From an uncultured delta proteobacterium (GTDB lineage Bacteria; Myxococcota; Myxococcia; SLRQ01), in contig CAVSGM010000002.1 in assembly GCA_963727485.1 (NCBI GenBank), positions 1,792,001 through 1,856,000 on the forward strand: a stretch of 64,000 nt of DNA. The letters run 5' to 3'. Position numbers and translations under genes: made by a program. Shown here piece by piece: positions 56,946 to 64,000 of the stretch. The notes beneath the pieces are model-generated. The model searched no databases. It had not been told where the DNA came from and saw nothing but the letters and a program-made list of their open reading frames with translations. The stretch's first letter is position 1, and the number at the start of each line of letters is the position of its first letter.

Positions 56946-58307
56946 GTGGGTCGAGTGAGCGCAGCGCGGCTTCGGGCCCTGCCCGGGCAGGGTCCCGGGC
57001 CCCGCTTCGGGGCCCACCCCCTGCTCCGCGCCGCCGGGGTGGGCGTCGCCGCGGTGGCGGGCTACTGGGTCCTGGAGAGCGCGGTCCACGCCTTCGTCCT
57101 CCACCGCGGGACCTTCGCCGAGGCGCTCCGACCCTCGAGCGGAAACGAGCTGTGGATGCGCGGCCTCATCGCGGCGCTCCTGCTCCTGGTCAGCGCCCTG
57201 GTGTTCCTCCGGCCCGCCCCGCGTCCGCCGGAGGACGTCGCGCTCCTCGGCCGGGTGGTGGAGGCGGCGAGCGAGGGGGTGCTGATCACCGACGCCCTCG
57301 GCCGGATCCAGTACGTGAACCCGGCCTTCACCCGGATCACCGGCTACGCCCTGGCCGAGGTGGTGGGCCGCACCCCGGCGGTGCTCAAGAGCGGCGCCAT
57401 GGATTCCGGCCTTCTACCGGGGCCTGTGGGACACCATCCGCGCGGGCCAGGTGTGGGTGGGCACCCTCACCGACCGGCGCCGGGACGGGCGCTTCTACCC
57501 GGCGGTCCTCACCATCGTCCCGGTCCTCGATCCCCAGGGCCAGGTCCGCCACTACGTGGGGATCCAGCGGGACGAGAGCGATCGGACCGCGCTCTCGGCC
57601 CGGGCGGACGAGGCGGAGAAGCTGGCCCAGGTCGGGCGCCTGGTCGGCGGGGTGGCCCACGACTTCAACAACACCCTGACCACGCTCAACGCCCTCTCGG
57701 ATTCTCGCGTCCCGGGAGGCGCGGGGGAACGCCGACCTCCAGGCGCTCCTCTCGGGGATCGACGTGGCGGTGGACGGCGCCGGGGCCCTGGTGCGCCAGC
57801 TCCTCGACTTCCTCCGGGAGGACCACCCCGAGCTGCCGGTGGGGCGCCTCGACCTGGTGGCCTTCGCCCGGCGGGTGCGCCCGGCCCTCGAGGCGCTGGT
57901 GCCCGAGGCGGTGGCCTTCGAGTACGTGCCCCCGCCGCCGGGGACGGTCGCCCGCGCCGACGCCCACGGCCTCCAGCACCTCCTCGCCAACCTCTTGCTC
58001 AACGCCGTCGACGCCGTCGCCGACCAGGCGGCGCCCCGGATTCCGCCTGCGCTTCGGCGCCGGCTTCGAGGGCGGCGTCGGCTCCCGCGACCTCGCCATC
58101 CAGGTGCGCGACAACGGCCCGGGCATCCCCGAGGCGCGCCGGGAGAGCATCTTCGAGCCCTTCTTCACCACCAAGGACGCGGGCAAGGGCACGGGGCTGG
58201 GGCTGCCCAGCGCCCGGGAGACGGTGCGCCGCTTCGGGGGCGAGCTCGTCCTCGAGCACACCGGGCCGGAGGGGACGACGTTCACGGTGCGGCTGCCGGT
58301 GGGCTAG
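56946..58307 (+). CDS. Membrane PAS sensor histidine kinase, ~3 frameshifts (~57410, ~57705, ~58040)
   Basis: Two TMs, YVNPAFTRITGY PAS, GGVAHDFNN, NLLLNAVDA, DNGPG, FTTK..GTGLGL distributed over three ORFs. Confidence 0.8.
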   Translation: MGRVSAARLRALPGQGPGPRFGAHPLLRAAGVGVAAVAGYWVLESAVHAFVLHRGTFAEALRPSSGNELWMRGLIAALLLLVSALVFLRPAPRPPEDVALLGRVVEAASEGVLITDALGRIQYVNPAFTRITGYALAEVVGRTPAVLKSGAMDSGLLPGPVGHHPRGPGVGGHPHRPAPGRALLPGGPHHRPGPRSPGPGPPLRGDPAGRERSDRALGPGGRGGEAGPGRAPGRRGGPRLQQHPDHAQRPLGFSRPGRRGGTPTSRRSSRGSTWRWTAPGPWCASSSTSSGRTTPSCRWGASTWWPSPGGCARPSRRWCPRRWPSSTCPRRRGRSPAPTPTASSTSSPTSCSTPSTPSPTRRRPGFRLRFGAGFEGGVGSRDLAIQVRDNGPGIPEARRESIFEPFFTTKDAGKGTGLGLPSARETVRRFGGELVLEHTGPEGTTFTVRLPVG

Positions 58308-59017
58308 CTGACCGCGCCGCCGAGCCTGGCCGCCAGGGCGTCGAAGAACGCCCGGATGCGCTTGGCGTTGGTCCCCAGGTCGCCCTTGCCCACCCGGGAC
58401 CGCGAGCGCATGTCGACCTTGGAGCCGCCCCCCTCGCCCGGGGCGATGCGCACCACCACGTCGTCCTTGAACCGGAACAGCCTGGTGGTGGCCACCGCCT
58501 GGAAGGCGTAGTCCTTGGGGTCCTCGTCGACGATCTCCCACCGGGGCCAGGCCTTGGCGAGCGCCAGGGCCGCCTCGTAGACCTCCGCCGGCGCCGCGGT
58601 GAGGTGGAGGGTCTGGACCTCGGGGTAGCTCTTCCTCACCACCGCCTTGAACGGCTCGGGGTAGGGGTGGTCGTGGGCCAGGAAGTGGGGCGGGGCGGCG
58701 AGGTCGGTGGTGATGTCGTTGATCGCGGGCATGCCGGCTCCAGAGTGGGCCGCGAGGGCCAGGGTTGCCAGGGGGAGGGCGCCGAGGACGAGGCCCACCA
58801 GGGCGCGCCGACGGCTGCCGCGGAAGAGGGCGATGACGGCGAGGATCACGGCCACCAGGCCGACCACCCCGGCGAGGAGGAAGACGTCGAGGCCGGCGAG
58901 CGGCGGGAGGCCCGCGTGGGCGAGCGCCGGGCCGGCGACGATCAGGAGCAGCGACAGGAGGCCGAGGCCCTGGGCGAAGCCCCCCCGGCGCCTGCGGGTC
59001 TCGAGGGTGGCGGTCAT
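58304..59017 (-). CDS. DUF1499 family membrane-anchored protein
   Basis: Three TMs then PAINDITTD, TTRLFRFKDDVVVR, DMRSRSRVGKGDLGTNAKRI. Confidence 0.9.
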   Translation of the reverse strand: MTATLETRRRRGGFAQGLGLLSLLLIVAGPALAHAGLPPLAGLDVFLLAGVVGLVAVILAVIALFRGSRRRALVGLVLGALPLATLALAAHSGAGMPAINDITTDLAAPPHFLAHDHPYPEPFKAVVRKSYPEVQTLHLTAAPAEVYEAALALAKAWPRWEIVDEDPKDYAFQAVATTRLFRFKDDVVVRIAPGEGGGSKVDMRSRSRVGKGDLGTNAKRIRAFFDALAARLGGAVS

Positions 59018-59745
59018 GATCCCTCCGGGAGCCTTGCGGCGGCGGCGCGATCGAGGAGGTAGCGCAGGCGGCCGGCGCCGGGGTCGATGCCCTGGGCCGG
59101 GAGCCGCGCCACGTCCCGGGGGCCTTCGATCACCTGGTTCACCGCGTCGGCCTTCCCGGCGCCGGTGACCAGGAAGCACACCGCCTTGGCGGCGTTGAGC
59201 ACCGGGTAGGTGAGGGTCACCCGCCACAGGTCCGGGTCCGCCACGTGGACCGGCGCCGCCCACCGCTCGCGCTCGTCGAGGACCGTAGAGCCGGGCCACA
59301 GCGACGCGGTGTGCCCGTTGTCCCCAAGCCCGAGGAGCACCAGGTCGAAGCGCGGGGCGTCGCCGAAGTAGGCGCGCAGGTCCGCCTCGTAGGCCGCCGC
59401 CGCCTCGTCGGGGTCGCCGTCGCAGACGATGGGGTGGAGGTTCGCCTCGGGGAGGCCCACCACGTCGAGGAACGTCTCCCGGGCCAGGCGCTGGTTGGAG
59501 CGGGGGTCGTTCGCCGCCACGCAGCGCTCGTCGCCCCAGAACACGTCCACGTGCTGCCAGGGCACCTCCTCGAGGTACGCGTCGCCGAGGAGGTCGTAGG
59601 CGCGCTTCGGCGTCGAGCCGCCGGAGAGGGCCACCGCGAAGCGCCCGTGGTCGGCGAGGGCGGCCCGGGCCGCGGCGGCGAAGCGCTCGGCGAGGGCGTG
59701 GGCGGTGGCCTCGGCGTCGTCGTGGACCTCGATCACCGGCTTCAC
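59014..59745 (-). CDS. pgl: 6-phosphogluconolactonase
   Basis: ALSGGSTP, FWGDERCV, DLVLLGLGDNGHTASL, RVTLT. Confidence 0.96.
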   Translation of the reverse strand: MKPVIEVHDDAEATAHALAERFAAAARAALADHGRFAVALSGGSTPKRAYDLLGDAYLEEVPWQHVDVFWGDERCVAANDPRSNQRLARETFLDVVGLPEANLHPIVCDGDPDEAAAAYEADLRAYFGDAPRFDLVLLGLGDNGHTASLWPGSTVLDERERWAAPVHVADPDLWRVTLTYPVLNAAKAVCFLVTGAGKADAVNQVIEGPRDVARLPAQGIDPGAGRLRYLLDRAAAARLPEGS

Positions 59746-61256
59746 GCGTCGTCCTCCGGGAGCGAGGGGGTCACCCAGCTGCGGCCGTCCCGGGCGATGA
59801 GGGTCTCGGCACCCTCGGGCCCCCAGGTCCCGGCGGGGTAGTTGGGGAAGTCGCTGGCCGGGGCGTCGGCCCAGGCGTCGAGGATGGGCTGGATCACCGA
59901 CCACGCGGTCTCCACCTGGTCGGCGCGCATGAACAGCGTGGCGTCCCCCTGCATCACGTCGAGGAGCAGGGTCTCGTAGGCCTCCGGGGGCTTGTCCCGG
60001 AAGGCGTCGGCGTAGATGAACTTCATCTCCACCGGCGACAGGCGCAGCTGCTGCCCCGGCCGCTTGGCCTGGAACCGCAGGAGGATCCCCTCGTCGGGCT
60101 GGATGCGCAGGAGCAGGCGGTTGGGCTCGAAGCCCGCGGTGGCGCTCGCCGGGAAGCTCTTGTGGGGCACCGGCCGGAAGTGGATGCAGACCTCGGAGAC
60201 CCGGCTCGGCAGGTGCTTGCCGGTGCGCAGGTAGAAGGGCACGTCCTGCCACCGCCAGTTGTCCACGAAGAGCTTGAGGGCGGCGAAGGTCTCGGTGCCC
60301 GAGTCCGGGGCCACCTGGGGCTCGTCGCGGTAGCCCTGCACCTTGTCGCCCTGGAGCCACCCGCCGGCGTACTGACCGCGGACCGCGACCTCGGCGACGT
60401 CCTCGGGGGCGATGGGCCGGATGGCGCGCAGCACGTCCACCTTCTTGTTGCGGATCTCGTCGGCCTCGAAGGAGACCGGGGGCTCCATGGCGATGAGGCA
60501 GAGCATCTGCAGGAGGTGGTTCTGCACCATGTCCCGCAGGGCCCCGGCGCCCTCGTAGTAGCCGCCGCGATTCTCCACCCCCACCCGCTCGGCGACGGTG
60601 ATCTGCACGTGGTCGATGTAGCGCCGGTCCCAGATCGGCTCGAAGAGCGCGTTGCCGAAGCGAAACGCGAGGATGTTCTGGACCGTCTCCTTGCCCAGGT
60701 AGTGGTCGATGCGGAAGACCTGCTTCTCCTCGAAGACCCGGGTGAGGTGGCCGTTGAGCTCCTTGGCGCTCGCCAGGTCGTGGCCAAAGGGCTTCTCCAC
60801 CACGATGCGCTCGCGCTCCCGGTCGTGGCAGAGCCGCGCGGCGTCGAGGCGCGGCGGGATGACCTCGATGAGCGCCGGCGGGGTCGCCAGGTAGTAGACC
60901 CGGCTGGCCCGGGCGTCCCACTTGTCGTCGAGGGCCTTGAGCTTGTCGGCGAGGGCCGCGTAGGTCTTCTTGTCGTCGAACTCGCCGACCAGGTAGTCGA
61001 GGTGCCCGGCGAACTCCTCCCAGGCCTGCGGGTCCAGGTCGCCGTCGGTGGTGTCGTCGACCCCGTCGTGGAGGTGGTCCCGGAACTCGGAGGGGTCCAT
61101 GCCCTTGCGGTCCACGCCGATGACCGCGAACTCCTCGGGGAGCCAGCCGTCGGCGTGGAGGTGGAAGACCGCGGGGATGAGCTTGCGCCAGGTGAGGTCG
61201 CCCCCGGCGCCGAAGATCACCAGCGCCGTGGGGCCGGGGTGCTTGCCGTTGTGCAC
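59742..61256 (-). CDS. zwf: Glucose-6-phosphate 1-dehydrogenase
   Basis: IFGAGGDL, EKPFG, RIDHYLGKE, RDMVQNH, YLRTGK. Confidence 0.98.
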   Translation of the reverse strand: MHNGKHPGPTALVIFGAGGDLTWRKLIPAVFHLHADGWLPEEFAVIGVDRKGMDPSEFRDHLHDGVDDTTDGDLDPQAWEEFAGHLDYLVGEFDDKKTYAALADKLKALDDKWDARASRVYYLATPPALIEVIPPRLDAARLCHDRERERIVVEKPFGHDLASAKELNGHLTRVFEEKQVFRIDHYLGKETVQNILAFRFGNALFEPIWDRRYIDHVQITVAERVGVENRGGYYEGAGALRDMVQNHLLQMLCLIAMEPPVSFEADEIRNKKVDVLRAIRPIAPEDVAEVAVRGQYAGGWLQGDKVQGYRDEPQVAPDSGTETFAALKLFVDNWRWQDVPFYLRTGKHLPSRVSEVCIHFRPVPHKSFPASATAGFEPNRLLLRIQPDEGILLRFQAKRPGQQLRLSPVEMKFIYADAFRDKPPEAYETLLLDVMQGDATLFMRADQVETAWSVIQPILDAWADAPASDFPNYPAGTWGPEGAETLIARDGRSWVTPSLPEDDA

Positions 61257-61257
61257 G

Positions 61258-62678
61258 CTAGTCCTCCCACTCGGTGTGGAACGTCCCCGCGTCGTCGACG
61301 CGCTCGTAGGTGTGGGCGCCGAAGAAGTCGCGCTGGGCCTGCACCAGGTTCGCCGGCAGGTGCGCCGCCCGCAGGGCGTCGAAGTAGGCCAGCGCGGTGG
61401 CGAAGCCCGGCGCCGGGATCCCGATGCCCGCGGCGGTCTGCACCACCTGGCGCAGGGCGCCCTGGAGCGAGGCGACCTTCTGCGCCCAGCCCCGGATCGA
61501 GGAGCAGGTTGGTGCAGATCCGGGCTTCGCCCGGTAGGCCTGGCGCATCTCCTCCAGCAGCGCCGCCCGGATGATGCACCCGCCCCGCCAGATGCGGCTG
61601 ACCACCTCCAGGTCGAGGTCGTAGCCGTAGTGCTCGGAGGCGTGGGCCGAGCTGGCTCATGCCCTGGGCGTAGGTGACGATCATCGCCGCGTGGAGGGCC
61701 TCGCCGACCTGCTCGACCAGGGCGTCGACGTCGCCCTGGTAGGTGGGCTTGGGGCCGTCGAGGGCCTCGGCGGCGGCCTGGCGCTCGGTCTCGAAGGCCG
61801 AGAGGTTCCGCATGGCGACCGCCATGTCGATGGTGGGCACCGGGACCCCGAGGGTGAAGGCGTCCTGGCTGGTCCACATCCCCGTGCCCTTCTGCCGGGC
61901 CACGTCGAGGATCACGTCGACCATCCGCTTGCCGGTGCGGTCGTCGTCCTTGGTGAAGATCTCGGCGGTGATCTCCACCAGGAAGCCGGCGAGGTCGCCG
62001 GTGTTCCAGGCGCCGAAGATCTCCGCCAGCCGGTCGTTGCCGATCCCCGCGCCCCGGTGCATCAGGTCGTAGCTCTCGGCGATGAGCTGCATCAGCCCGT
62101 ACTCGATGCCGTTGTGGACCATCTTCACGTAGTGGCCCGCCGACCCCGGCCCCAGGTGGGCCACGCAGGGCTCGCCGTCCACGTGGGCCGCAGCAGGCCT
62201 CGAGGAGCGGGCGCACCCGCTCGTAGGCGTCGGCGGGGCCCCCGGGCATCATGCTCGGCCCGTGGCGGGCGCCGCGCTCGCCCCCCGAAACGCCCATGCC
62301 GAAGAAGTTGAGGCCCTTCTCGGCGAGGGCCTTGGCCCGGCGGTCGGTGTCGGTGAAGTGGGAGTTGCCGCCATCGATGATGAGGTCGCCCTTCTCGAGG
62401 AACGGCTCGAGGCTGCCGATGACCGCGTCCACCGCCTTGCCCGCGGGGACCAGCATCATCACCACCCGGGGCTTCTTCAGCAGCTTCACGAAGGCCTCGG
62501 CCTCGCCGGCGGTGTGCACCGGGGCCTTGGCCGGGGCGCCCTCCTTGGCGAGCGCCGCGACCTTGTCCTGGTCGAGATCGTAGCCGGCCACCGCGAAGCC
62601 GTGGTCCGCCATGTTGAGCAGCAGGTTTCGGCCCATGACCCCCAGGCCCACCATTCCCAGCTCTGCACCCTCTGCCAT
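61258..62678 (-). CDS. gnd: NADP-dependent 6-phosphogluconate dehydrogenase, ~3 frameshifts
   Basis: GLGVMG, DGGNS, GVSGGE; VKMVHNGIEYG, QKGTG; IWRGGCII, QAQRDFFGAH in successive frames. Confidence 0.93.
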
Positions 62679-63307
62679 CACGTCTCCTCAGCGTCGTCGA
62701 GGCCCAGGGTCGCCAGGGCCGCGCGCGTGGTTTCGATGTCGGTGTGGTGGATCCCGTGGAGCCCCAGGCCCCGGCCCACCTCGATGAACAGCGCCCGGTC
62801 GTCGAGGTAGACCACCTCGTCGGGACGCACCTGGGTGACGTCGAGGGCGAGGCGGTAGAGGTCGAGATCGGGCTTGGCGACCCCGGCGAAGCACGAGGCC
62901 ACGAACACGTCGAACAGGTCCATCAGGTCGAAGGCGCGGATCCGGTACTCGGTGAGCTCCCGGCTCTCGTTGCTCACCGCGCAGACCTTGAGGCCGTGAC
63001 GCGCCTTGAGCCGGAGCATCAGCTCCTTCATCCCCGGGAGCGCCGCCGACTGCTCGAACATGAACTTGCGGAACGCCTCCCGGGTGAAGGTGCGCTCCTT
63101 GTGGAAGACCACGTAGGTCAGGTAGGCGTCGATGTCGTACTTCCCGGCCTCGTAGCCGCGCACGTACTGGTGGTGGCGCTCGTCGAAGTCGCCCGGGTCG
63201 ATCCCGAAGCGCTCGGCGGCCAGGGCCCGGGCGTGGCGGTCCCAGCCGTTGGTGAGCAGGACGCCGCCGACGTCGAGGAAGAGGGTGGTGATCCCGGTGT
63301 CGCTCAT
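62678..63307 (-). CDS. HAD-superfamily phosphatase
   Basis: LFLDVGGVL, VSNE, KPD, YLDD. Confidence 0.9.
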   Translation of the reverse strand: MSDTGITTLFLDVGGVLLTNGWDRHARALAAERFGIDPGDFDERHHQYVRGYEAGKYDIDAYLTYVVFHKERTFTREAFRKFMFEQSAALPGMKELMLRLKARHGLKVCAVSNESRELTEYRIRAFDLMDLFDVFVASCFAGVAKPDLDLYRLALDVTQVRPDEVVYLDDRALFIEVGRGLGLHGIHHTDIETTRAALATLGLDDAEET

Positions 63308-64000
63308 GCCGTGTGCTCCCCGAGGACCGCCTCCAGCATCGCCTCCAGGGCCTTCAGCCCCGCCTTGACGTCACCGCCGAGGTGCACCCGCAGGGCCCGG
63401 CGGTCGTGCTTCACCAGCGCCCCCAGATCGCCCAGGGCCTGGGCCCGGCGCAGCTTGTCGAAGGAGTAGGCCTCGCCGTAGACCTCCAGGTCCTCGGGGG
63501 GATCCACGGTGAGCTGGAGGAAGTGGCCGGTGTTGGGCCCGCCCTTGTGGAGCTGGCCGGTGGAGTGGAGGAACCGGGGCCCGTAGCCGAGCGTGGTGGT
63601 GGCGTGGGTGGCGGTCATCAGGTGCCGGCGCATCCGGGCCAAGGCGGCGTCGGTGGCGGCGTCCTCGGTGAGGTAGGCCATGATCGCCACGTAGCGCCCG
63701 GGGCCGGCGCCGTCGAGGAGCGCCTTGAGCAGCGCCTCGCCGCTCTCGCCGCCGGTGTCCGAGTAGAACGACAGGGGCCCCTCGGTGAGCGAGGGCTTGG
63801 GCTCGGGCACCAGGCTGGTGAGGCGCACCTCGTCGAGGAGCCGTGCGGTGTTGTCCTTGCTCTCCTGGACGTTGGGCTGGTTGAAGGCGTTGATGCCCAG
63901 GATCGACCCGGCGGTGGCGGTGGCGATCTCCCAGCGCATGAACTCCTGGGCCACGTCGAGCTTCTCCTCGAGGTGGATGCGCACCAGGGGGTGGCCCGCC
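63304..64000 (-). CDS. C-terminal phosphoglucose-isomerase domain, probably of a bifunctional transaldolase/PGI (5' part outside the window)
   Basis: GINAFNQPNVQESK, GYGPRFLHSTGQLHKGGP, AQALGD; pentose-phosphate context. Confidence 0.85.
   Translation of the reverse strand, partial: AGHPLVRIHLEEKLDVAQEFMRWEIATATAGSILGINAFNQPNVQESKDNTARLLDEVRLTSLVPEPKPSLTEGPLSFYSDTGGESGEALLKALLDGAGPGRYVAIMAYLTEDAATDAALARMRRHLMTATHATTTLGYGPRFLHSTGQLHKGGPNTGHFLQLTVDPPEDLEVYGEAYSFDKLRRAQALGDLGALVKHDRRALRVHLGGDVKAGLKALEAMLEAVLGEHTA

Noticed and set aside
61258..62678. gnd (and pruA) as true pseudogenes
   Set aside because: All catalytic motifs are intact, neighbouring operon genes are intact and there are no nonsense codons; assembly error is more likely
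59742..62681. 979-aa Gnd-Zwf fusion
   Set aside because: Caused by gnd frameshifts; the gnd C-terminus ends at its own stop (61258) just before the zwf GTG

Overview
This is a very GC-rich, gene-dense bacterial window. The gene content (giant TPR protein, many Cys-rich lipoproteins with DAG/DGG linkers, a FadL-type porin, an F1-only atp cluster) suggests a myxobacterium-like deltaproteobacterium; that taxonomy is inference. About 20 single-base frame breaks, including inside housekeeping genes such as gnd and pruA, point to an unpolished long-read assembly, so several genes were rebuilt across ORF-track fragments. Housekeeping content: atpHAGDC, aroF, aroC, pruA, a fused LeuD-LeuC-like dehydratase, and a tal/pgi-HAD-gnd-zwf-pgl pentose-phosphate cluster. 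The standout locus is a compact candidate RiPP system at ~38.4-43.3 kb. It contains (1) a stand-alone PqqD/RRE protein with a twin-arginine-like N-terminus, behind a sigma70-like promoter overlapped by a palindrome; (2) a ~69-aa candidate precursor with an acidic leader, a KKYVRPRI motif and a SSS-CGP-YA-CHP-QI-CSP-VGP-CAP core; (3) a lipoprotein gluzincin peptidase; and (4) a three-part radical SAM/SPASM + RRE + HPr-kinase-like fusion enzyme. At least eight genes have a TANNNT hexamer 6-9 nt before the start codon, suggesting leaderless transcription. No rRNA, tRNA, CRISPR array or mobile element was recognised. All family calls come from motif recognition by eye; no database searches were run.
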